From NCBI GenBank assembly GCA_951406725.2, contig OX597841.1:20894001-20958000 (forward strand): a stretch of DNA of 64,000 nt, given 5' to 3'. The notes beneath the pieces were generated by a model. The model did not search any database and was not told the origin of the DNA. It was given only the letters and a program-made list of their open reading frames with translations. Shown piece after piece: positions 30,001 through 40,445 of this stretch. This stretch comes from Octopus vulgaris. Taxonomy: Eukaryota. Made by a program: the position numbers and the translations under genes. The stretch's first letter is position 1. Every line of letters starts with the position of its first letter.

Positions 30001-32693
30001 TGTGAACGAGGCATGTTTGTATGGACGCATGATGTGTGAACGAGGCTTGTTTCTATGGACGCATGATGTGTGAACGTGGCTTGTTTGTATGGACGCATGT
30101 TGTGAGAACGAGGCATGTTTGTATGGACGCATGATTTGTGAAAGAAGCTTCTTTGTATGAACGCATGATAAATGAACGAGGCTTCTTTGTATGGACGCAT
30201 GATGTGTGAACGAGGCTTGTTTGTATGGACGCATGATGTGTGAACGAGCCTTGTTTGTATGGACGCATGATTTGTGAACGAGGCTTCTTTGTATGGACGC
30301 ATGATGTGTGAACGAGGCTTGTTTGTATGGACACATGATGTGTGAACGAGGCATGTTTGTATGGACGCATGATTTGTGATCGTGGCTTGTTTCAATGGAC
30401 GCATGATTTGTGAATGAAGCCTGTTTGAATGGACGCATGATGTGTGAACGAGGCTTTTTTCTGTGGACGCATGATGTGTGAACGAGGCTTGTTTCTATGG
30501 AAGCATGATGTGTGAAAGAAGCTTCTTTGTATGGTTGCATGATGTCTGAACGAGGCTTGCTTGTATGGACGCATGATGTGTGAACGCGGCTTGTTTCTAT
30601 GCACGCATGATGTGTGAACGAGGCTTGTTTCTATGGACGCATGATGTGTGAACGAAGCATGTTTGTATGGACGCATGATGTGTGAACGAGGCTTGTTTCT
30701 ATGGACCCAAGATGGGTAAACGAGGCTTGTTTGTATGGACGAATGATGTGTGATCGAGGCTTGTTTGTATGGACGCATGATGTGTGAACGAGGCTTGTTT
30801 CTATGAACGCATGATTTGTGAACGAGGCTTGTTTGTATGGACGCATGATGTGTGAACAGGGCTTGTGTGTAGGGACGCATGATGTGTCAACGAGGCTTGT
30901 TTGTATGGACGCATGATGTGTGAACGAGGCTTCTTTGAATGGACGCATAAAGTGTGAATGAGGCTGGTTTGTATGACGCATGATGTGTGAACGAGGATTG
31001 TTTTTATGGATTCATGATGTGTGAACGGGACTTGTTTCTATGGACGCATGATGTGTGAACGAGGCTTGTTTGTATGGACGCATGATGTGTGAACGAGGCT
31101 TGTTTGTATGGACGCATGATGTGTGAACGAGGCTTGTTTGTATGGACGCATGATGTGTGAACGAGGCATGTTTGTATGGGCGCATGATGTGTGAACGATG
31201 CTTGTTTCTATGGACGCATGATGTGTGAACGATGCTTGTTTGTATGGACGCATGATGTGTGAACGAGGCTAGTTTGTATGGACTCATGATGTTTGAACGA
31301 GGCTTTTTCGTATGGACGCATGATGTGTGAACGAGGCATGTTTGTATGGACGCATGATGGGTTAACGAGGTTTATTTGTATGAACGAATGATGTGTGAAC
31401 GAAGCCTGTTTGTGTGGACGCATGATGTGAGAACGAGGCATGTTTGTACGGACGCATGATTTGTGAAAGAAGCTTCTTTGTATGAACGGATGATATGTGA
31501 ACGAGGCTTCTTTGTATGGACGCATGATGTGTGAATGAGGCTTGTTTGTATGGGCGCATGATGTGTGAACGAGGCTTGTTTGTATGGACGCATGATGTGT
31601 GAACGAGGCTTGTTTGTATGGACGCATGATGTGTGAAAGAAGCTTCTTTGTATGGACGCATGATGTGTGAACGAGGCTTGTTTGTATGGACGCATGATGT
31701 GTGAACGGTGATTGTTTCTATGGACGCATGATGTGTGAACGAGGCTTCTATGTATGGACGCATGATGTGTGAACGAGGCTTGTTTTTTTGGACGCATAAT
31801 GTGTGAACGAGGCTTGTTTGTATGGACGCATGATGTGAGAACGAGGCTAGTTTCAATGGACGCATGATGTGTGAACGAGGCTTGTTTCTATGGACGCATG
31901 ATGTGTTAACGAGGCTTGTTTCTATGGACGCATGATGTGAGAACGAGGCTAGTTTCAATGGACGCATGATGTGTGAACGAGGCTTGTTTCTATGGACGTA
32001 TGATGTGTGAACGATGCTTGTTTCTATGGACGCACCATGTGTGAACGAGGCTTGTTTCTATTGAAGCATGATGTGTGAACGAGGCTTGTTTGTTTGGATG
32101 CATGATGTGTAAAGATCTTTGTTTCTATGGACGCATGATGTGTGAACGAGGCTTGTTTGTTTGGACGCATGATATGTGAACGAGCCTTTTTTCTATGGAC
32201 GCATGATGTGTGAACGAGGCTTGTTTGTATGGACGCATGTGACGTGAACGATGCTTGTTTCTATGTACGCATGATGTGTGAACGAGTCTTCTTTGTATGG
32301 AAGCATGATGTGTGAACGAGGCTTGTTTGTATGGACGCATGATGTATGAACGAGGCATGTTTGTATGGACGCATAATGTATGAACGAGGCTTGTTTGTAT
32401 GGACGCACGATGTGTGAACGAGGCTTGTTTGTATGAACGCATGATGTGTGATCGAGGCTTGTTCGTATGGACGCATGATGTTTGATCGAGGCTTGTTTGT
32501 ATGGACGCATGATGTGTGAACGAGGCTTGTTTGTATGGACGCTTGATGGGTTAACGAGGCTTGTTTATATGGACACATGATGTGTGAACGAGGCTTGTTT
32601 GTATGGACGCATGATGTGTGAACGAGGCTTGTTTGTATGGACGCATGACGTGTGAACGAGACTTGTTTGTATGGACGCATGACGTGTGAATGA
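1..32693. repeat. 34-bp tandem satellite array, consensus GGACGCATGATGTGTGAACGAGGCTTGTTTGTAT, roughly 960 monomers, runs off the left edge of the window
   Basis: Monomer read directly throughout. Recurrent variants include TTTCTAT, GGCATG, GGGTTAAC and GAAAGAAGCTTC. All minus-strand ORFs here are the same 34-aa periodic peptide generated by the repeat. Confidence 0.98.
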
Positions 32694-32795
32694 TAGAGTA
32701 AATACTCGGCTTAGAAAGAATGAGTCCCGGGGACTCATTTGCTTGAGAAAAGGTGCTACATCATGGTCACAGTCAAATAAATGAGACAAATAATG
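32692..32795 (+). mobile_element. Diverged 3' tail fragment of the tRNA-derived SINE family, fused to the satellite end
   Basis: GATAGAGTAAATACTCGGCTTAGAAAGAATGAGTCCCGGGG...CATGGTCACAGTCAAATAAATGAGAC aligns by eye with the SINE tail at 61682-61790. Confidence 0.75.
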
Positions 32796-32984
32796 TCGCT
32801 GATGTAAAATGTAAGGGAGGTAACTCTTGAAAATATACAATTTAATTACCTCCACTATTCATAACGGACGTAAAATTTAAGGGAAGTAACTCTAGAAAAT
32901 ATTTATTTCAGTTATCTCCTATGTTCATAGGAGATAACTCAAATAAATATTTTCTGGAGTTAACTCCCTTACATTTTACATAAA

Positions 32985-33092
32985 CGACTTATTTGTCTAA
33001 TTCATTTCACCGTGCCCATGCTGTCGCACCGCCTCTTCTCAAGCAAATCGACCCCAGGACTTATTCTTTCTAAGCCTAGTACTTGCTCTATC
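32985..33092 (-). mobile_element. SINE 3' tail fragment, inverted copy
   Basis: Reverse complement reads GATAGAGCAAGTACTAGGCTTAGAAAGAATAAGTCCTGGGGTCGATTTGCTTGAG, matching the SINE tails at 55250-55355 and 61682-61790. Confidence 0.8.
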
Positions 33093-33284
33093 GTTCACAC
33101 GTCATGCGTCCATACAAACAAGCCTCGTTAACCCATCATGCGTACATACAATCAAGACTCGTTCACACATCATGCGTCCATACAGAGAAGCCTCGTAGGA
33201 CGCATGATGGGTGAACGAGGCTTGTTTGTATGGACGCATGATGGGTGAACGAGGCTTGTTTATATGGACGCATGACGTGTGAAC
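33093..33284. repeat. Short patch of the 34-bp satellite in two orientations: about 3 inverted monomers (33093-33196), then about 2.5 forward monomers (33198-33284)
   Basis: CATGCGTCCATACAAACAAGCCTCGTT units switch to GGACGCATGATGGGTGAACGAGGCTTG at about 33197. Confidence 0.9.
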
Positions 33285-33392
33285 AATAGAGCAAGTACTA
33301 GGCTTAGAAAGAATAAGTCCTTGGGTCGATTTGCTTGAGAAAAGGCGGGGCTACAGCATCAGCACCGTCAAATGAATGAGACAAGTAGCGTC
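33285..33392 (+). mobile_element. SINE 3' tail fragment, forward copy
   Basis: AATAGAGCAAGTACTAGGCTTAGAAAGAATAAGTCCTTGGGTCGATTTGCTTGAG, a near mirror image of 32985-33092. Confidence 0.8.
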
Positions 33393-33477
33393 GTTGAGTT
33401 ATCTCCCTTACATTTGTAAGGGAGATAACTCTAGGAAACATTCATTTGAGTTATCTCGCATATTCATAGGAGTTATT

Positions 33478-34050
33478 AATTGTAAGGAAGGTTACTCTAG
33501 AAAATATTCACTTTAGTTATCTCCTATGAACATTGGAGATAACTGAAATAAATATTTTCTAGGGCTAGCTGACTTACATTTATGTCGTTTATATAAAATG
33601 TAAGAGAGTTAACTCCAGAAAATATTTATTTGAGTTATCTCCTATGAACATAGGAGATAACTGTAATAAATATTTTCTAGGGTTACCTCCTTTACATTTA
33701 TGTCGTTTATGTAAAATGTAAGGGAGTTAACTCCAGAAAATATTTATTTGAGTTATCTCCTATGGACATACGAGATAACTGAAATAAATATTTTCTAGGG
33801 TTACCTACCTTACATTTATGTCGTTTACGTAAAATGTAAGGGAGTTAACTCCAGAAAATATTTATTTGAGTTATCTCCTATGAACATAGGAGATAACTAA
33901 AATTAATATTTTCTAGGGTTACCTCCCTTACATTTATGTCGTTTAAGTAAAATGTAAGGGAGTTAACTCCAGAAAATATTTATTTGAATTATCTCCTATG
34001 AAAATAGGAGATAACTGAAATAAATATTTTCTAGAGTTACTTCCCTTATA
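33478..34050. repeat. 118-bp tandem repeat (about 5 copies) whose monomer is a near-perfect palindrome
   Basis: TAAG(G/A)GAGTTAACTCCAG starts at 33601, 33719, 33837 and 33955 (period 118). The arms of about 51 bp fold around CTCCTATG-AA-CATAGGAG. Confidence 0.92.
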
Positions 34051-34174
34051 TTTTACGTCCGTTATGAATAGAGGAAGTGATTAAATTGTATATTTTAAAG
34101 AGTTACCTCCCATCATATAAGAACATAGGTGATAGTTATAATGAAAATTTAAGAGTTACCTCCCTTACATTAAC

Positions 34175-34290
34175 GACGCTGTTTGTTTCATTAATTTAAC
34201 GTGTCCATGCTGTAGCCCCGCCTTTTTTCAAGAAAATCGACGCCAGGACTTCTTTCTAAGCTTAGTATTTATTCTATCGGTCTCCTTTAT
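34175..34290 (-). mobile_element. SINE 3' tail fragment, inverted copy
   Basis: CCATGCTGTAGCCCCGCC...AAATCGACGCCAGGACTTCTTTCTAAGCTTAGTATTTATTCTATCGGTCTC is the reverse complement of the SINE tail. Confidence 0.75.
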
Positions 34291-34297
34291 TCGGCCC

Positions 34298-35315
34298 GCT
34301 TGTTTGTATGGACGCATGAGGTGTGAACGAGGCTTGTTTATATGGACGCATGATTTGTGAACGATTCATGCGTACATAGAAACAAGCCTCGTTCACCCAT
34401 CATGCGTCTATACAAACAAACCACGTTCACAAGTCATGCGTCCATACAAACAAGCCTCGTTCTCAAATCATGCGTCCATACAAAGTAGTCTCGTTCACAA
34501 ATCATGCGTCTATACAAAGAAGCCTCACACATGCATCCATACAAACATGCCTCGTTCACAGATGCTGCGTCCATACTAGTTTATACTTGTTTATACCATC
34601 ATGCGTCCATAGAAACAAATCTCGTTCACACATAATGCGTCCATACAAACAAGCCTCGTTCACACATCATGCGTCCATACAAACATGCCCCGTTCAAACG
34701 TCATGCGTCACACATCATGGATTAACTAGGCTTGTTTGTATGCACGCTTGATGTGTGAACGAGGCATGTTTGTTTGCACGCATGTTGTGTGAAGGAGGCA
34801 TGTTTGTATAGATGCACGATATGTGGACGAGGCATGTTTGTATCGATTCATGTGAATGAGGCTTGTTTGTATGGACGCATCTTGTTTGAACGAGGCATGT
34901 TTCTATGGACGCTTGATGTGTGAACGAGGCATGTTTGTATGCACGCATGATTTGTAAACGAGGCTTCTTTCTATGAACGCATGATATGTGAACGATTTAT
35001 GCGTTCATACAAACAAGCCTTGTTCACAAATCATGAGTCCATAAAAACAAGCCTCGTTCTCAAATCATGTGTCTATACAAACATGCCTTTTTCACACAAG
35101 CATCCATACAAACAAGCCTCGTTCACATAGCTTGCGTCCATACAAACATGCTTTTTTACACATGATGCATCCATACTTCTTTAAACCATCATGCGTCCAT
35201 ACAAACGACCATCGTTCACACATCATGACTCTATATATACATGCCTCGTTCACATATCACGCGTCTATGGAAAGAGGCCTCGTTCAAACATCATGCGTCC
35301 ATACAAGCCTCGTTG
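34298..35315. repeat. Diverged 34-bp satellite in alternating orientation (+ 34298-34364, - 34366-34716, + 34717-34995, - 34997-35315)
   Basis: Monomer motifs GGACGCATG/CATGCGTCC and GAACGAGGC/GCCTCGTTC switch strand three times. The ORF track also shows the periodic peptide on both strands here. Confidence 0.88.
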
Positions 35316-36069
35316 ACAATGTTAAAATATTGCATATGTATACTTGAAAAACAAGAAATTTAGTGATCTTTTAATTGAATATAAGTTAAATGATTGATAA
35401 TAACTCATACTTATCAAACAAATTTCTAAATTCGCAAAAGTTTTTAGGTTAGAAATTGTCAAAATATTGCATATGTGTACTTGAAAAACAACAAAAAGTT
35501 TAGTGATTTCTTAGCTAAATATAAGCTATTTGATTAATTATAAGCTTATATTTATCTAAAAAATCACTAAATTTGCAAAAGTTTTCAGTTTAGAAAAAGT
35601 CAAAATATTGCATATGTGCAATATCAACAAAATCAACAAAAAATAAATGATCTCTTATTTAAGTGTAAGTTAAATGATTGATAAAAAGCTTATATTTATC
35701 CAAGAGACGAGTAAAATCGCAAAAACTTTCAGGTTAGAAAATGTCAAAATATTGCATATGTGTACTTGTAAGACAACAAAAAATTTAGTAATCTCTTTGC
35801 TAAATATAAGTTAACTGATTGATCAAAAGCTTATATCTATATAAGAATTGCAGAAGTTTTTAGGTAATAAAAAAGTTTATAATTGCAAAGTTTTCAGGTT
35901 GTAAAATGTCAAAATATTGCATATCTGTACTTAAAAAACAATAAAAAATTTAGTGATCTCAGCTAATTTTAAGTTAACTGATTGATAAAAAGCTTATTTT
36001 TATCCAAGTGATCACTAAAATCGCTGAATTTTTTAGGTTGTAAAATGTTACAATATTGTATATACACAA

Positions 36070-38650
36070 AACATTTGTAAAAGGTTGTAGAATGTCAAAA
36101 AAGGCTTATATTTATCCAAGAGATCACTAAAATCGCAAAAGTTTTCACGTTCGAAAATGTCAAAATATTGCATATACACAAAAATTTATAAAATGTTGCA
36201 AAATGTAAAATTATAGTATAAACAACAAAAAATTTAGTGATCTCTTAGCTAAGTATAGATTAAATGATTGATAAAAAGTTTATATTTATCCATGAGATCA
36301 CTAAAATCCCAAAACTTTTTAGGTTAGAAAATGTCAAAACATTGCATATGTGTACTTGTAAAACATTAAAAAATTTATTGATATTTTATTTAAAAGATAT
36401 TTTTGTAAAAGGTTGTAGAATGTCAAAAAAGGCTTATATTTATCCAAGAGATCACTAAAATCGCAAAAGTTTTCACGTTCGAAAATGTCAAAATATTGCA
36501 TATTCACAAAAATTTATAAAATGTTGCAAAATGTAAAATTATAGTATAAACAACAAAAATTTAGTGATCTCTTAGCTAAGTATAAATTAAATGATTGATA
36601 AAAAGTTTATATTTATCCATGAGATCACTAAAATCCCAAAACTTTTCAGGTTAGAAAATGTCAAAACATTGCATATGTGTACTTGTAAAACATTAAAAAA
36701 TTTATTGATATTTTAGTTAAAAGATATTTTTGTAAAAGGTTGTAGAATGTCAAAAAAGGCTTATATTTATCCAAGAGATCACTAAAATCGCAAAAGTTTT
36801 CACGTTCGAAAATGTCAAAATATTGCATATTCACAAAAATTTATAAAATGTTGCAAAATGTAAAATTATAGTATAAACAACAAAAATTTAGTGATCTCTT
36901 AGCTAAGTATAAATTAAATGATTGATAAAAAGTTTATATTTATCCATGAGATCACTAAAATCCCAAAACTTTTCAGGTTAGAAAATGTCAAAACATTGCA
37001 TATGTGTACTTGTAAAACATTAAAAAATTTATTGATATTTTAGTTAAAAGATATTTTTGTAAAAGGTTGTAGAATGTCAAAAAAGGCTTATATTTATCCA
37101 AGAGATCACTAAAATCGCAAAAGTTTTCACGTTCGAAAATGTCAAAATATTGCATATTCACAAAAATTTATAAAATGTTGCAAAATGTAAAATTATAGTA
37201 TAAACAACAAAAATTTAGTGATCTCTTAGCTAAGTATAAATTAAATGATTGATAAAAAGTTTATATTTATCCATGAGATCACTAAAATCCCAAAACTTTT
37301 CAGGTTAGAAAATGTAAAACATTGCATATGTGTACTTGTAAAACATTAAAAAATTTATTGATATTTTAGTTAAAAGATATTTTTGTAAAAGGTTGTAGAA
37401 TGTCAAAAAAGGCTTATATTTATCCAAGAGATCACTAAAATCGCAAAAGTTTTCACGTTCGAAAATGTCAAAATATTGCATATTCACAAAAATTTATAAA
37501 ATGTTGCAAAATGTAAAATTATAGTATAAACAACAAAAATTTAGTGATCTCTTAGCTAAGTATAAATTAAATGATTGATAAAAAGTTTATATTTATCCAT
37601 GAGATCACTAAAATCCCAAAACTTTTCAGGTTAGAAAATGTCAAAACATTGCATATGTGTACTTGTAAAACATTAAAAAATTTATTGATATTTTAGTTAA
37701 AAGATATTTTTGTAAAAGGTTGTAGAATGTCAAAAAAGGCTTATATTTATCCAAGAGATCACTAAAATCGCAAAAGTTTTCACGTTCGAAAATGTCAAAA
37801 TATTGCATATTCACAAAAATTTATAAAATGTTGCAAAATGTAAAATTATAGTATAAACAACAAAAATTTAGTGATCTCTTAGCTAAGTATAAATTAAATG
37901 ATTGATAAAAAGTTTATATTTATCCATGAGATCACTAAAATCCCAAAACTTTTCAGGTTAGAAAATGTCAAAACATTGCATATGTGTACTTGTAAAACAT
38001 TAAAAAATTTATTGATATTTTAGTTAAAAGATATTTTTGTAAAAGGTTGTAGAATGTCAAAAAGGCTTATATTTATCCAAGAGATCACTAAAATCGCAAA
38101 AGTTTTCACGTTCGAAAATGTCAAAATATTGCATATTCACAAAAATTTATAAAATGTTGCAAAATGTAAAATTATAGTATAAACAACAAAAATTTAGTGA
38201 TCTCTTAGCTAAGTATAAATTAAATGATTGATAAAAAGCTTATATTTATCCATGAGATCACTAAAATCCCAAAACTTTTCAGGTTAGAAAATGTCAAAAC
38301 ATTGCATATGTGTACTTGTAAAGCATTAAAAAATTTATTGATATTTTAGTTAAAAGATATTTTTGTAAAAGGTTGTAGAATGTCAAAAAAGGCTTATATT
38401 TATCCAAGAGATCACTAAATTCGCAAAAGTTTTCACGTTCGAAAATGTCAAAATATTGCATATACTCAAAAATTTATAAGATGTTGCAAAATGTAGTTAA
38501 AATTTTAGTTAAAAGATGTTTTTGTAAAAGGTTGTAGAATGTCAAAAAAGGCTTATATTTATCCAAGAGATCACTAAAATCGCAAAAGTTTTCACGTTCG
38601 AAAATGTCAAAATATTGCATATACACAAAAATTTATAAAATGTTGCAAAA
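36070..38650. repeat. Homogenised ~327-bp dimeric higher-order unit, about 7 full copies plus partial copies
   Basis: GGTTGTAGAATGTC at 36083, 36411, 36738, 37065, 37391, 37718, 38045, 38371 (spacing 326-328), then 38530. Each unit holds two variants of the ~140-bp core. Confidence 0.93.
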
Positions 38651-39645
38651 TCTTAGCTAAATGTAAGTTAACTGATTGATAAAAAGCATATATTTATCCA
38701 AGAGATCACTAGAAGCGCAAAAGTATTCTGGTAATAAAATGTCAAAATATTGCATGTGTACTTGAAAAACAACAAAATATTTATTGATATTTTAGTTAAA
38801 TATAAGTTAACTAATTGATAAACTGCTTATATTTATCCCAGAGATTACTAAAATCTGAAAAGTTTTCAGGTTAGAAAATGTCAAAATATCGCATATGTGT
38901 ACTTGAAAATCAACAAAAAATATAGTGATCTCTTAGTTAACTGATTGGTAAAAAGCTTATACTTATCCAAGAGATTACTAAAATCGCAAAAGTTTTCAGG
39001 TTAGAAAATCTCAAATTATGTGTACTTGAAAAACAACAAAAAATTTAATGATCTCAGCAAAATATGAGTTAACTGATTGATAATAAGCTTATAAAAGTTT
39101 TCAGGTTAGAAAATATTAAAGTATTGCATTACGAAAAAAAAAATTTAGTGATTTCTTAGCTAAATGTAAGTTAACTGATTGATAAAAAGCATATATTTAT
39201 CCAAGAGATCACTAGAATCGCAAAAGTTTTCAGGTTAGAAAACCTCAAATTATGTGTACTTGAAAAACAACAAAAAATTTAATGATCTCAGCAAAATATG
39301 AGTTAACTGATTGATAATAAGCTTATAAAAGTTTTCAGGTTAGAAAATATTAAACTATTGCATTAACAAAAAAAAAATTTAGTGATTTCTTAGCCAAATA
39401 TAAGTTAACTGATTGATAAAAAGCATATATTTATCCAAGAGATCACTAGAATCGCAAAAGTTTTCAGGTTGAAAATTGTCAAACTATGTGTACTTGAAAA
39501 AATACATCAAATTTAGTCATCTCTTTCCTAAATGTAAGTTAACTGATTCATAAAAAGCATATGATTATCCAAGAGATCACTAAAACCTTAAAAGTTTTTA
39601 GGTTATAAAATGTCAAAATATTGCATACGTGTACTTGTAAAACTA

Positions 39646-39984
39646 TAAAAAAATTAAGTGATCTCTTAGTTAACCGATTGACAAAAGGCTTATATTTATC
39701 CAAGAGATCACTAGAAGCGCAAAAGTATTCTGGTAATAAAATGTCAAAAAATTTTGCATGTGTACTTGAAAACCAACAAAATATTTATTGATATTTTAGT
39801 TAAATATAAGTTAACTAATTAACTTATATTTAACTAAAATATCAATAAATATTTCGTTATTTTTCAAGTACACATGCAATATTTTGACATTTTATTACCA
39901 GAATACTTTTGCGCTTCTAGTGATCTCTTGGATAAATATAAGCCTTTTGTCAATCGGTTAACTAAGAGATCACTTAATTTTTTA
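39646..39984. repeat. Long inverted duplication (palindrome, arms about 165-170 bp) inside the AT-rich satellite
   Basis: 39820-39984 is the reverse complement of 39646-39814, e.g. CAAGAGATCACTAGAAGCGCAAAAGTATTCTGG versus CCAGAATACTTTTGCGCTTCTAGTGATCTCTTG. Confidence 0.92.
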
Positions 39985-40445
39985 ATTGATAAACTGCTTA
40001 TATTTATCCCAGAGATTACTAAAATCTGAAATGTTTTCAGGTTAGAAAATGTCAAAATATCGCATATGTGTACTTGAAAATCAACAAAATATATAGTGAT
40101 CTCTTAGTTAACTGATTGATAAAAAGCTTATATTTATCCAAAAGATTACTAAAATCGCAAAAGTTTTCAGGTTAGAAAATCTCAAATTATGTGTACTTGA
40201 AAAATGTCAAAATATTGCATATGTGTACTTGTAAAACAATAAAAAATTTAGTGATCTCTTAGTTAACTGATTGACAAAAGGCTTATATTTATCCAAGAGA
40301 TCACTAGAAGCGCAAAAGTATTCTGGTAATAAAATGTTAAAATATTGCATATGTGTACTTGAAAATCAACAAAATATTTATTGTTATTTTAGTTAAGTAT
40401 AAGTTAACTAAGCTTATATTTATCCGGAAAATCACTAAAATCTGA

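Larger units (their letters stand above)
35316..40445. repeat. AT-rich satellite with a basic monomer of about 140 bp (core TTATATTTATCCAAGAGATCACTAAAATCGCAAAAGTTTTCAGGTTAGAAAATGTCAAAATATTGCATATGTGTACTTG)
   Basis: The core motif recurs every ~120-170 bp across the interval, and flanking copies are diverged. Confidence 0.9.

Noticed and set aside
1-32693. CRISPR-like array (34-bp repeat length)
   Set aside because: Monomers are head-to-tail with no unique spacers, there are no cas genes, and the context is eukaryotic.
1-32693. CENP-B box in the satellite (minus-strand TCGTT)
   Set aside because: Only a short partial match; the remaining conserved positions of the 17-bp box are missing.
10-32855. 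Hundreds of His-rich minus-strand ORFs (MRPYKQASFTHHASIQTSLVHTSCVHTNKPRSHI repeats)
   Set aside because: They are an artefact of a 34-bp repeat with no stop codon on one strand. All three frames give the same peptide, and stops and frameshifts are scattered freely.
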